A stretch of 64,000 nucleotides of DNA, taken from the NCBI GenBank assembly GCA_964016885.1, contig OZ024741.1, forward strand, positions 408,394,001 to 408,458,000. The letters run 5' to 3'. The translations under genes and the position numbers were made by a program. The notes below the pieces were generated by a model, which saw nothing but the letters and a program-made list of their open reading frames with translations, was not told the DNA's origin and searched no databases. The stretch is from Eledone cirrhosa. Lineage: Eukaryota. Shown here in pieces: positions 40,442-55,020 of the stretch (the stretch's first letter is position 1; the number at the start of each line of letters is the position of its first letter).

Positions 40442-43400
40442 GGTGAGGCTAAGGTGCTGACACAACCAGGTAACCTCACCTGACACCTTAGTAAGGTGAG
40501 GCTAAGGTGACACAACCAGGTAACCTCACTTGACACCTCAGTAAGGTGAGGCTAAGGTGCTGACACAACCATGTAACCTCACCTGACACCTTAGTAGGGT
40601 GAGGCTAAGGTGCTGACACAACCAGGTAACCTCACCTGACCCCTCGGTAAAGTGAGGCTAAGGTGCTGACACAAGCAGGTAACCTCACCTGACACGTCAG
40701 TAAGGTGAGGCTAAGGTGCTGACACAACCAGTTAACCTGACCTGACACCTCAGTAAGGTGAGGCTAATGTGCTGACACAACCAGTTAACCTGACCTGACA
40801 CCTAAGTAAGGTGAGGCTAAGGTGTTGACACAACCAGGTAACCTCACCTGACACCTAAGTAAGGTGAGGCTAAGGTGCTGACACAACCAGGTAACCTCAC
40901 CTGACACCTTAGTAAGGTGAGGCTAAGGTGACACAACCAGGTAACCTCACCTGACACGTCAGTAAGGTGAGGCTAAGGTGCTGACACAACCATGTAACCT
41001 CACCGGACACCTCAGTAAGGTGAGGCTAATGTGCTGACACAACCAGGTAACCTCATCTGACATATCAATAAGGTGAGGCTAAGGTGCTGACACAACCAGA
41101 TAACCTCACCTGACACCTTAGTAGGGTGAGGCTAAGGTGCTGACACAACCAGGTAACCTCACCTGACACCTCAGTAAAGTGAGGCTAAGGTGCTGACACA
41201 AGCAGGTAACCTCACCTGACACGTCAGTAAGGTGAGGCTAAGGTGCTGACACAACCAGGTACCCTCACCTGACACCTCAGTAAGGTGAGGCTAAGGTGCT
41301 GACACAACCATGTAACCTCATCTGACAAGACAGTAAGGTGAGGCTAAGGTGCTGACACAACCAGGTAACCTCACCTGAGACCTCAGTAGGGTGAGGCTAA
41401 GGTACTGACACAACTAGGTAATCTCACCTGACACCTTAGTAAAGTGAGGCTAAGGTGCTGACACAACCAGGTAACCTAACCTGACATCTCAGTAAGGTGA
41501 GGCTAAGGTGCTGACACAACCAGGTAACCTCAACTGAGACCTTAGTAGGGTGAGGCTAAGGTTCTGACACAACCAGGTAACCTCACCTGACACCTCATTA
41601 AGGTGAGGCTAAGGGGCTGACACAACCAGGGAACCTCACCTGATACCTCAGTAGGGTGAGGCTAAGGTGCTGACACAACCAGGTAACATCATCTGACACC
41701 TCAGTAAGGTGAGGCTAAGGTGCTGACACAACAAGGTAAGCTCACCTGACACCTCAGTAGGGGGAGGCTAATGTGCTGTCACAACCAGGTAACCTCATCT
41801 GACCCCTCAGTAAGGTGAGGCAAAGGTGCTGACACAACCAGGTAACCTCACCTGACACCTCAGTAGGGTGAGGCTAAGGTACTGACATAACCAGGTAACA
41901 GCACCTGACACCTAAGTAAGGTGAGGCTAAGGTTCTGACACAACCAGGTAACCTCACCTGACACCTAAGTAAGGTGAGGCTAAGGTGCTGACACAACCAG
42001 GTAACCTCACCTGACACCTAAGTAAGGTGAGGCTAAGGTGCTGACACAACCAGGTAACCTCACCTGACACCTTAGTAAGGTGAGGCTAAGGTGACACAAC
42101 CAGGTAACCTCACCTGACACCTCAGTAAGGTGAGGATAAGTTGCTGACACAACCAGGTAACCTCATCTGACATATCAGTAAGGTGAGGCTAATGTGGTGA
42201 CACAACCAGGTAACCTCACCTGACACCTAAGTAAGGTGAGGCTAAGGTGCTGACACAACCAGGTAACCTTACCTGACACCTAAGTAAGGTGAGGCTAAGG
42301 TGCTGACACAACCAGGTAACCTCACCTGACACCTAAGTAAGGTGAGGCTAAGGTGCTGACACAACCAGGTAACCTCACCTGACACCTTAGTAAGGTGAGG
42401 CTAAGGTGACACAACCAGGTAACCTCACCTGACACCTCAGTAAGGTGAGGCTAAGGTGCTGACACAATCAGGTAACCTCACCTGACACCTAAGTAAGGTG
42501 AGGCTAAGGTGCTGATACAACCAGGTAACCTCACCTGACACATCAGTAAGGTGAAGCTAAGATGCTGACACAACCAGGTAAAATCACCTGACACCTAAGC
42601 AAAGTGAGGCTAAGGTGCTGACACAACCAGATAACCTCACCTAACACCTTAGTAAAGTGAGGTTAAGGTGCTGACACAACCAAGTAACCTCACCTGACAC
42701 CTCAGTAAGGTGAGGTTAAAATGCTGACACAACCAGGCACCCTCACCTGACACCTCAGTAGGGTGAGGCTAAGGTGCTGACACAACCAGGTAACCTCATC
42801 TGACACCTCAGTAAGGTGAGGCTAAGGTGTTGACACAACCAGGTTACCTCACCTGACACCTCAGTAGGGTGAAACTAAGGTGCTGACACGACCAGGTAAC
42901 CTCACTTGACACCTCATTAAGGTGAGGCTAAGGTGCTGAAACAACCAAGTAACATCATCTGACACCTCAGTAAGGCGAGGCTAATGTGCTAACACAACCA
43001 GGTAACCTCATCTAACACCTCAGTAAGGTGAGGCTAAGGTGCTGACACAACCAGGTAACCTCACCTGACACCTTAGTAGGGTGAGGCTAAGGTGCTGACA
43101 CAACCAGGTAACCTCACCTGTCACCTCAGTAAGGTGAGGCTAAGGTGACACAACCAGGTACCCTCACCTGACACCTCAGTAAGGTGAGGCTAAGGTGCTG
43201 ACACAACCATGTAACCTCATCTGACAAGACAGTAAGGTGAGGCTAAGGTGCTGACACAACCAGGTAACCTCACCTGACACCTCAGTAGGGTGAGGCTAAG
43301 GTACTGACACAACCAGGTAACATCACCTGACACCTAAGTAAGGTGAGGCTAAGGTGCTGACACAACCAGGTAACCTCACCTGACACCTTAGTAAAGTGAG

Positions 43401-46400
43401 GCTAAGGTGCTGACACAACCAGGTAACATCACCTGACACCTTAGTAAAGTGAGGCTAAGGTGCTGACACAACCAGGTAACCTAACCTGACATCTCAGTAA
43501 GGTGAGGCTAAGGTGCTTACTCAACCAGGTAACATCATCTGACACCTCAGTAAGGTGAGTCTATGGTGCTGAGACAACCAGGCACCCTGACCTGACACCT
43601 CAGTAGGGTGAAGCTAAAGTGCTGACACAAACAGGTAACCTGACCTGACACCTTAGTAAGGTGACGCGAAGGTGCTGACACAACCAGGTAATCTCACCTG
43701 ACACCTCAGTAAGGTGAGGCCAAGGTGCTGACACAACCAGGTAACCTCACCTGACACCTTAGTAGGGTGAGGCTAAGGTGCTGACACAACCAGGTAACCT
43801 CACCTGACACCTCATTAAGGTGAGGCTAATGGGCTGGCACAACCAGGTAAGCTCACCTGACACCTCAGTAGGGTGAGGCTAAGGTGCTGACACAACCAGG
43901 TAACCTCACCTGACACCTTAGTAAGGTGAGGCTAAGGTGACACAACCAGGTAACCTCACCTGACACCTCAGTAAGGTGAGGCTAAGGTGCTGACACAACC
44001 ATGTAACCTCACCTGACACCTTAGTAGGGTGAGGCTAAGGTGCTGACACAACCAGGTAACCTCACCTGACCCCTCGGTAAAGTGAGGCTAAGGTGCTGAC
44101 ACAAGCAGGTAACCTCACCTGACACGTCAGTAAGGTGAGGCTAAGGTGCTGACACAACCAGTTAACCTGACCTGACACCTCAGTAAGGTGAGGCTAAGGT
44201 GCTGACACAACCAGTTAACCTTACCTGACACCTAAGTAAGGTGAGGCTAAGGTGCTGACACAACCAGGTAACCTCACCTGACACCTAAGTAAGGTGAGGC
44301 TAAGGTGCTGACACAACCAGGTAACCTCACCTGACACCTTAGTAAGGTGAGGCTAAGGTGACACAACCAGGTAACCTCACCTGACACCTCAGTAAGGTGA
44401 GGCTAAGGTGCTGACAACCATGTAACCTCACCGGACACCTCAGTAAGGTGAGGCTAATGTGCTGACACAACCAGGTAACCTCATCTGACATATCAATAAG
44501 GTGAGGCTAAGGTGCTGTCACAACCAGATAACCTCACCTGACACCTTAGTAGGGTGAGGCTAAGGTGCTGACACAACCAGGTAACCTCACCTGACACCTC
44601 AGTAAAGTGAGGCTAAGGTGCTGACACAAGCAGGTAACCTCACCTGACACGTCAGTAAGGTGAGGCTAAGGTGCTGACACAACCAGGTACCCTCACCTGA
44701 CACCTCAGTAAGGTGAGGCTAAGGTGCTGACACAACCATGTAACCTCATCTGACAAGACAGTAAGGTGAGGCTAAGGTGCTGACACAACCAGGTAACCTC
44801 ACCTGAGACCTCAGTAGGGTGAGGCTAAGGTACTGACACAACTAGGTAATCTCACCTGACACCTTAGTAAAGTGAGGCTAAGGTGCTGACACAACCAGGT
44901 AACCTAACCTGACATCTCAGTAAGGTGAGGCTAAGGTGCTGACACAACCAGGTAACCTCAACTGAGACCTTAGTAGGGTGAGGCTAAGGTGCTGACACAA
45001 CCAGGTAACCTCACCTGACACCTCATTAAGGTGAGGCTAAGGGGCTGACACAACCAGGGAACCTCACCTGATACCTCAGTAGGGTGAGGCTAAGGTGCTG
45101 ACACAACCAGGTAACATCATCTGACACCTCAGTAAGGTGAGGCTAAGGTGCTGACACAACAAGGTAAGCTCACCTGACACCTCAGTAGGGGGAGGCTAAG
45201 GTGCTGTCACAACCAGGTAACCCCATCTGACCCCTCAGTAAGGTGAGGCAAAGGTGCTGACACAACCAGGTAACCTCACCTGACACCTCAGTAGGGTGAG
45301 GCTAAGGTACTGACATAACCAGGTAACAGCACCTGACACCTAAGTAAGGTGAGGCTAAGGTGCTGACACAACCAGGTAACCTCACCTGACACCTAAGTAA
45401 GGTGAGGCTAAGGTGCTGACACAACCAGGTAACCTCACCTGACACCTAAGTAAGGTGAGGCTAAGGTGCTGACACAACCAGGTAACCTCACCTGACACCT
45501 TAGTAAGGTGAGGCTAAGGTGACACAACCAGGTAACCTCACCTGACACCTCAGTAAGGTGAGGCTAAGTTGCTGACACAACCAGGTAACCTCATCTGACA
45601 TATCAGTAAGGTGAGGCTAATGTTCTGACACAACCAGGTAACCTCACCTGACACCTAAGTAAGGTGAGGCTAAGGTGCTGACACAACCAGGTAACCTTAC
45701 CTGACACCTAAGTAAGGTGAGGCTAAGGTGCTGACACAACCAGGTAACCTCACCTGACACCTAAGTAAGGTGAGGCTAAGGTGCTGACACAACCAGGTAA
45801 CCTCACCTGACACCTTAGTAAGGTGAGGCTAAGGTGACACAACCAGGTAACCTCACCTGACACCTCAGTAAGGTGAGGCTAAGGTGCTGACACAATCAGG
45901 TAACCTCACCTGACACCTAAGTAAGGTGAGGCTAAGGTGCTGATACAACCAGGTAACCTCACCTGACACATCAGTAAGGTGAAGCTAAGATGCTGACACA
46001 ACCAGGTAAAATCACCTGACACCTAAGCAAAGTGAGGCTAAGGTGCTGACACAACCAGATAACCTCACCTAACACCTTAGTAAAGTGAGGTTAAGGTGCT
46101 GACACAACCAAGTAACCTCACCTGACACCTCAGTAAGGTGAGGTTAAAATGCTGACAGAACCAGGCACCCTCACCTGACACCTCAGTAGGGTGAGGCTAA
46201 GGTGCTGACACAACCAGGTAACCTCATCTGACACCTCAGTAAGGTGAGGCTAAGGTGTTGACACAACCAGGTTACCTCACCTGACACCTCAGTAGGGTGA
46301 AACTAAGGTGCTGACACGACCAGGTAACCTCACCTGACACCTCATTAAGGTGAGGCTAAGGTGCTGAAACAACCAAGTAACATCATCTGACACCTCAGTA

Positions 46401-47299
46401 AGGCGAGGCTAATGTGCTAACACAACCAGGTAACCTCATCTAACACCTCAGTAAGGTGAGGCTAAGGTGCTGACACAACCAGGTAACCTCACCTGACACC
46501 TTAGTAGGGTGAGGCTAAGGTGCTGACACAACCAGGTAACCTCACCTGTCACCTCAGTAAGGTGAGGCTAAGGTGACACAACCAGGTACCCTCACCTGAC
46601 ACCTCAGTAAGGTGAGGCTAAGGTGCTGACACAACCATGTAACCTCATCTGACAAGACAGTAAGGTGAGGCTAAGGTGCTGACACAACCAGGTAACCTCA
46701 CCTGACACCTCAGTAGGGTGAGGCTAAGGTACTGACACAAGCAGGTAACATCACCTGACACCTAAGTAAGGTGAGGCTAAGGTGCTGACACAACCAGGTA
46801 ACCTCACCTGAAACCTTAGTAAAGTGAGGCTAAGGTGCTGACACAACCAGGTAACATCACCTGACACCTTAGTAAAGTGAGGCTAAGGTGCTGACACAAC
46901 CAGGTAACCTAACCTGACATCTCAGTAAGGTGAGGCTAAGGTGCTTACTCAACCAGGTAACATCATCTGACACCTCAGTAAGGTGAGTCTATGGTGCTGA
47001 GACAACCAGGCACCCTGACCTGACACCTCAGTAGGGTGAAGCTAAAGTGCTGACACAAACAGGTAACCTGACCTGACACCTTAGTAAGGTGAGGCGAAGG
47101 TGCTGACACAACCAGGTAATCTCACCTGACACCTCAGTAAGGTGAGGCCAAGGTGCTGACACAACCAGGTAACCTCACCTGACACCTTAGTAGGGTGAGG
47201 CTAAGGTGCTGACACAACCAGGTAACCTCACCTGACACCTCATTAAGGTGAGGCTAATGGGCTGGCACAACCAGGTAAGCTCACCTGACACCTCAGTAG
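40442..47299. repeat. Tandem duplication of a 65-monomer (3,430-bp) unit
   Basis: ccctcggtaa at 40641/44071 (3430). After a 2-bp deletion near 44415 the offset is 3428 (gggggagg 41760/45188, taaaatcacc near 42578/46006). 65x53 minus five 3-bp deletions = 3430. Confidence 0.92.
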
Positions 47300-50200
47300 G
47301 GTGAGGCTAAGGTGCTGACACAACCAGGTAACCTCACCTGACACCTCAGTAAGGTGAGGCTAAGGTGCTGACACAACAAGGTAAGCTCACCTGACACCTC
47401 AGTAGGGGGAGGCTAAGGTGCTGTCACAACCAGGTAAGCTCATCTGACACCTCAGTAGGGTGAGGCTAAGGTGCTGACACAACCAGGTAATCTCACCTGA
47501 CACCTTAGTAGGGTGAGGCTAAGGTACTGACACAACCAGGTAACCTCACCTGACACCTTAGTAGGGTGAGGCTAAGGTGCTGACACAACCAGGTAACCTC
47601 ACCTGACACCTTAGTAAAGTGAGGCTAAGGTGCTGACACAACCAGGTAACCTCGCCTGACACCTCAGTAACGTGAGGCTAAGGCGCTGACACAACCAGGT
47701 AACCTCACCTGACACCTTAGTAGGGTGAGGCTAAGGTGCTGACACAACCAGGTAACCTCACCTGACACCTTAGTAAAGTGAGGCTAAGGTGCTGACACAA
47801 CCAGGTAACCTCACCTGACACCTTAGTAAGGTGAGGCTAAGGTACTGACAGTACCAGGTAACCTCACCTGACACCTCAGTAAGGTGAGGCTAAGGTGCTG
47901 ACACAACCAGGTAATCTCACCTGACACCTTAGTAGGGTGAGGCTAAGGTACTGACACAACCAGGTAACCTCACCTGACACCTTAGTAAAGTGAGGCTAAG
48001 GTGCAGACACATCCAGGTAACATCACCTGACACCTTAGTAGGGTGAGTCTAAGGTACTGACACAACCAGGTAACCTAACCTGACATCTCAGTAAGGTGAG
48101 GCTAAGGTGCTGACACAACCAGGTAACCTCACCTGACACCTCAGTAAGGTGAGGCTAAGGTGCTGAGACAACCAGGCACCCTGACCTGACACCTCAGTAG
48201 GCTGAGGCTAAGGTGCTGAGACAACCAGGCACCCTCATCTGACACCTCAGTAGGGTGAGGCTAACGTGCTGACACAACCAGGGAACATCACCTGACACCT
48301 ACGTAAGGTGAGGCTAAGGTGCTGACGCAACGAGGTAACCTCACCTGACACCTCACTAGGGTGAGGCTAATGTACTGACACAACCAGGTAACATCACCTG
48401 ACACCTGAGTAAGGTGAGGCTAATGTACTGACACAACCAGGTAACCTCACCTGACACCTCAGTAAGGTGAAGCTAAGGTGCTGACACAACCAGGTAATCT
48501 CACCTGACACCTCAGTAAGGTGAAGCTAAGGTGCTGACACAACCAGATAACCTGACCTGACACCTCAGTAAGGTGAAGCTAAGGTGCTGACACAACCAGG
48601 TAACTTCATCTGACACCTTAGTAAGGTGAGGATGAGGTGACACAACCAGGTAACCTCACCTGACACATTAGTAAGGTGAGGCTAAGGTGCTGACACAACC
48701 AGGTAACCTCGCCTGACACCTCAGTAAGGTGAGGCTAAGGTCAAACAACCAGGTACCATCATTTGACACCTCAGTAAGGTGAGGCTAAGGTGCTGACACA
48801 ACCAGGTAACCTCACCTAACACCTTAGTAAAGTGAGGCTAAGGTGCTGACACAACCAGGTAACCTCACCTGACACCTCAGTAAGATGAGGCTAAGGTGCT
48901 GACACAACCAGGTAACCTCACCTGACACCTCAGTAGGGTGAGGCTAAGGTGCTGACACAACCAGATAAACTCATCTGACACCTTAGTAGGGTGAGGCTAA
49001 GGTACTGATACAACCAGGTAACCTCACCTGACACCTCAGTAAGGTGAGGCTAAGGTGCTGACACAACCAGGTAACCTCACCTGACACCTCAGTAGGGTGA
49101 GGCTAATGTGCTGACACAACCAGATAAACTCATCTGACACGTCAGTAGGGTGAGGCTAAGGTGCTGACACAACCAGATAAACTCATCTGACACCTTAGTA
49201 GGGTGAGGCTAAGGTGCTAACACAACCATGTAACATCACCTGACACCTCAGTAAGGTGAGGCTAAGGTGCTGACACTACCAGGTAACCTTAGCTGACACC
49301 TTAGTAGGGTGAGGGTAAGGTTCTGACACAACCAGGTAACCACACATGACACCTCAGTAAGGTGAGGCTAAGGTGCTGACACAACCAAGTAACCTCACCT
49401 GACACCTCAGTAAGGTGAGGCTAAGGTGACACAACCAGGTACCCTCACCTGACACCTCAGTAAGGTGAGGCTAAGGTGCTGACACAACCAGGTAACATCA
49501 CTTCACACCTCAGTGAGGTGAGGCTAAGGTACTGACACAACCAGGTAACATCACCTGACACCTAAGTAAGGTGAGGCTAAGGTGCTGACACAACCAGGTA
49601 ACCTCACCTGACACCTCAGTAAGGTGAGGCTAAGGTGCTGACACAACTAGGTAATCTCACCTGACACCTCAGTAAGGTGAATCTAAGGTGCTGACACAAC
49701 CAGGTAACCTCACCTGACACCTCAGTAAGGTGGGGCTAAGGTGCTGACACAACCAGGTAACATCACCTGACACCTCAGTAAGGTGAGGCTAAGGTGCTGA
49801 CACAACCAGGTAACCTCACTCACTTGACACCACAGTAAGGTGAGGCTAAGGTGCTGACACAACCAGGTAACCTCACCTGACATCTTAGTAGGGTGAGGCT
49901 AAGGTGCTGACACAACCAGGTAACCTCATCTGACACCTTAGTAGGGTGAGGCTAAGGTGCTGACACAACCAGGTAACCTCACCTGACACCTCATTAAGGT
50001 GAGGCTAAGGTGCTGACACAACCAGGTAACCTCATCTGACACCTCAGTAAGGTGAGGCTAAGGTGCTGAGACAACCAGGCACCCTCAGCTGACACCTCAG
50101 TAGGGTGAGGCTAAGGTGCTGACACAACCAGGTAACCTCACCTGACAACTTAGTAAGGTGTGGCAAAGTGCTGACACAACCAGGTAACCTCATCTGACAC

Positions 50201-51384
50201 ACCAGTAAGGTGAGGCTAAGGTGCTGACACAACCAGGTAACCTCACCTGACACCTCAGTAAGGTGAGGCTAAGGTGCTGACACAACCAGGAAACCTCACC
50301 TGACACCTCAGTAGGGTGAGGCTAAGGTGCTGACACAACCAGGTAACATCATCTGACACACCAGTAAGGTGAGTCTAAGGTGCTGACACAACCAGGTAAC
50401 ATCACCTGACACCTTTGTAAAGTGAGGCTAAGGTGCTGACACAACCAGGTAACCTCACCTGACACCTCAGTAAGGTGAGGCTAAGGTGCTGACACAACAA
50501 GGTAACCTCACCTGACACCTCAGTAAGGTGAGGCTAAGGTGCTGACACAACCAGGTAACATCATCTGACACTTCAGTAAGGTGAGGCTAAGGTGCTGACA
50601 CAACCAGGTAACCTCACCTGACACCTCAGTAAGGTGAGGCAAAAGTGCTGACACAACCAGGTAACATCATCTGACACCTCAGTAAGGTGAGGCTAAGGTG
50701 CTGACACAACCAGGTAACATCATCTGACACCTCAGTAAGGTGAGGCTAAGGTGCTGACACAACCAGGTAACATCATCTGACACCTCAGTAAGGTGAGGCT
50801 AAGGTGCTGACACAACCAGGTAACCTCACCTGACACCTCAGTAAGGTGAGGCTAAGGTGCTGACACAACCAGGTAACATCATCTGACACCTCAGTAAGGT
50901 GAGGCTAAGGTGCTGACACAACCAGGTAACATCATCTGACACACCAGTAAGGTGAGGCTAAGGTGCTGACACAACCAGGTAACATCACCTGACACCTTAG
51001 TAAAGTGAGGCTAAGGTGCTACACAACCAGGTAACCTCACCTGACACCTCAGCAAGGTGAGGCTAAGGTGCTGACACAACCAGGAAACCTCACCTGACAC
51101 CTCAGTAGGGTGAGGCTAAGGTGCTGACACAACCAGGTAACCTCACCTGACACCTCAGTAAGGTGAGGCAAAAGTGCTGACAAAACCAGGTAACATCATC
51201 TGACACCTCAGTAAGGTGAGGCTAAGGTGCTGAGACAACCAGGCACCCTCACCTGACACCTAAGTAGGGTGAAACTAAGGTGCTGACACAACCAGTCAAC
51301 CTCACCTGACACCTTAGTAAGGTGAGGCAAAAGTGCTGACACAACCAGGTAACCTCACCTGACACCTCAGTAGGGTGAGTCTAA

Positions 51385-54300
51385 GGTACTGACACAACCA
51401 GTTAACATCACCTGACACCTACGTAAGGTGAAGCTAAGGTGCTGACACAACCAGGCAACCTCACCTCACACCTCTCTAGGGTGAGGCTAAGGTACTGAAA
51501 CAACCAGGTAACATCACCTGACACCTGAGTAAGGTGAGGCTAAGGTACTGACACAACCAGGTAACCTCACCTGACACCTCAGTAAGGTGAAGCTAATGTG
51601 CTGACACAACCAGGTAACCTGACCTGACACCTCAGTAAGGTGAAGCTAAGGTGCTGAAACAACCAGGTAATTTCACCTGACACCTTAGTAAGGTGAGGCT
51701 AAGGTGCTGACACAACCAGCTAACTTCACCTGACACCCCAGTAAGGCGAGGCTATGGTGCTGCACAACCATGTAATCTCATCTGACTCCTCAGTAAGGTG
51801 AGGCTAAGGTGCTGACACAACCAGGTAACCTAACCTGACACCTAATTAAGGTAAGGCTAAGGTGCTGACACAACCAGGTAACCTCATCTGACACCTCAGT
51901 AAGGTGAGGCTAAGGTGCTGACACAACCAGGTAACCTCATCTGTCACCTTAGTAGGGTGAGTCTAAGGTGCTGACACAACCAGGTAACCTCATCTGACAC
52001 CTCAGTAAGGTGAGGCTAAGGTGTTGACACAACCAAGTAACCTCACCTGACACCTCAGTAAGGTGAGTCTAAGGTGCTGACACAACCAGGTAACATCATC
52101 TGACACCTCAGTAAGGTGAGGCTAAGGTGCTGACACAACCAGGTAACCTCACCTGACACCTCAGTAACGTGACGCTAAGGTGCTGAGACAACCAGGCACC
52201 ATCACCTGACACCTCAGTAAGGTGAGGCTAAGGTGCTGACACAACCAGGTAACATCATCTGACACCTCAGTAAGGTGAGGCTAAGGTGCTGACACAACCA
52301 GGTAACATCATCTGACACCTCAGTAAGGTGAGGCTAAGGTGCTGACACAACCAGGTAACATCATCTGACACCTCAGTAAGGTGAGGCTAAGGTGCTGACA
52401 CAACCAGGTAACCTCACCAGACACCTCAGTAAGGTGAGGCTAAGGTGCTGACACAAGCAGGTAACATCATCTGTCACCTCAGTAAGGTGAGGCTAAGGTG
52501 CTGACACAACCAGGTAACATCATCTGACACACCAGTAAGGTGAGGCTAAGGTGCTGACACAACCAGGTAACATCACCTGACACCTTAGTAAAGTGAGGCT
52601 AAGGTGCTGACACAACCAGGTAACCTCACCTGACACCTCAGTAAGGTGAGGCTAAGGTGCTGACACAACCAGGAAACCTCACCCGACACCTCAGTAGGGT
52701 GAGGCTAAGGTGCTGACACAACCAGGTAACCTCACCTGATACCTAAGTGAGGTGAAACTAATGTGCTGACACAACCAGGTAACCTCACCTGACACCTCAG
52801 TAGGTGAGGCTAAGGTGCTGACACAACCAGGTAACCTCACCTGACACGTCAGTACGTTAAGGCTAAGGTGCTGACACAACCAGGTAACCTCACCTGACAC
52901 CTTAGTATAGTGAGGCTAAGGTGCTGACACAACCAGGTAACCTAATCTGACACCTTAGTAGGGTGAGGCTAAGGTGCTGACACAACCAGGTAACCTCACC
53001 TGACACCTAAGTAAGGTGAGGCTAAGGTGACACAACCAGGTAACCTCACCTGACACCTCAGTAAGGTGAGGCTAAGGTGCTGACACAACCAGGTAACCTC
53101 ACCTGACACCTCAGTAAGGTGAGGCTAAGGTGCTGACACAACCAGGTAACCTCACCTGACATCTCAGTAAGGTGAGGCTGAGGTGCTGACACAACCAGGA
53201 ACCCTCATTTCACACCTCAGTAAGGTGAGGCTAAGGTGCTGACACAACCATGTAACCTCATGAGACACCTCAGTAAGGTGAGGCTAAGGTGCTGTCACAA
53301 CCAGGTAACCTCATCTGACATATCAGTAAGGTGAGGCTAAGGTGCTGACACAACCAGGTAACCTCACCTGACACCTCAGTAAGGTGAGGCTAAGGTGCTG
53401 ATACAACCAGGTAACCTCACCTGACACCTTAGTAGAGTTAGGCTAAGGTGCTGAGACAACCAGGTAACCTCACCTGACACCTCAATAGGGTGAGTCTAAG
53501 GTGCTGATACAACCAGGTAACCTCATCTGACACCTTAGTAGGGTGAGTCTAAGGTGCTGACACAACCAGGTAACCTCATCTGACACCTCAGTAAGGTGAG
53601 GCTAAGGTGTTGACACAACCAAGTAACCTCACCTGACACCTTAGTATAGTGAGGCTAATGTGCTGACACAACCAGGTAACCTCACATGTCACCTCAGTAG
53701 GGTGAGGCTAAGGTGCTGACACAACCAGGTAACCTCACCTGACACCTCAGTAAGGTGAGTCTAAGGTGCTGACACAACCAGGTAACATCATCTGACACCT
53801 CAGTAAGGTGAGGCTAAGGTGCTGACACAACCAGGTAACCTCACCTGACACCTCAGTAACGTGACGCTAAGGTGCTGAGACAACCAGGCACCATCACCTG
53901 ACACCTCAGTAAGGTGAGGCTAAGGTGCTGACACAACCAGGTAACATCATCTGACACCTCAGTAAGGTGAGGCTAAGGTGCTGACACAACCAGGTAACAT
54001 CATCTGACACCTCAGTAAGGTGAGGCTAAGGTGCTGACACAACCAGGTAACATCATCTGACACCTCAGTAAGGTGAGGCTAAGGTGCTGACACAAACAGG
54101 TAACCTCACCTGACACCTCAGTAAGGTGAGGCTAAGGTGCTGACACAACCAGGTAACATCATCTGTCACCTCAGTAAGGTGAGGCTAAGGTGCTGACACA
54201 ACCAGGTAACATCATCTGACACACCAGTAAGGTGAGGCTAAGGTGCTGACACAACCAGGTAACATCACCTGACACCTTAGTAAAGTGAGGCTAAGGTGCT

Positions 54301-55020
54301 GACACAACCAGGTAACCTCACCTGACACCTCAGTAAGGTGAGGCTAAGGTGCTGACACAACCAGGAAACCTCACCTGACACCTCAGTAGGGTGAGGCTAA
54401 GGTGCTGACACAACCAGGTAACCTCACCTGACACCTCAGTAAGGTGAGGCAAAAGTGCTGACACAACCAGGTAACATCATCTGACACCTCAGTAAGGTGA
54501 GGCTAAGGTACTGACACAACCAGTTAACATCACCTGACACCTACGTAAGGTGAGGCTAAGGTGCTGACACAACCAGGCAACCTCACCTCACACCTCTCTA
54601 GGGTGAGGCTAAGGTACTGAAACAACCAGGTAACATCAGCTGACACCTGAGTAAGGTGAGGCTAAGGTACTGACACAACCAGGTAACCTCACCTGACACC
54701 TCAGTAAGGTGAAGCTAAGGTGCTGACACAACCAGGTAACCTGACCTGACACCTCAGTAAGGTGAAGCTAAGGTGCTGAAACAACCAGGTAACTTCACCT
54801 GACACCTTAGTAAGGTGAGGCTAAGGTGCTGACACAACCAGCTAACTTCACCTGACACCCCAGTAAGGCGAGGCTATGGTGCTGCACAACCTTGTAATCT
54901 CATCTGACTCCTCAGTAAGGTGAGGCTAAGGTGCTGACACAACCAGGTAACCTAACCTGACACCTAATTAAGGTAAGGCTAAGGTGCTGACACAACCAGG
55001 TAACCTCATCTGAAACCTCA
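51385..55020. repeat. Interleaved duplicated blocks (offsets 1,692 and 3,122 bp)
   Basis: gtaacgtgacgctaagg...ggcaccatc at 52164/53856; acgtaagg...cctctctagg...gctgcacaacc...gactcctc from 51421/54543. Confidence 0.8.
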
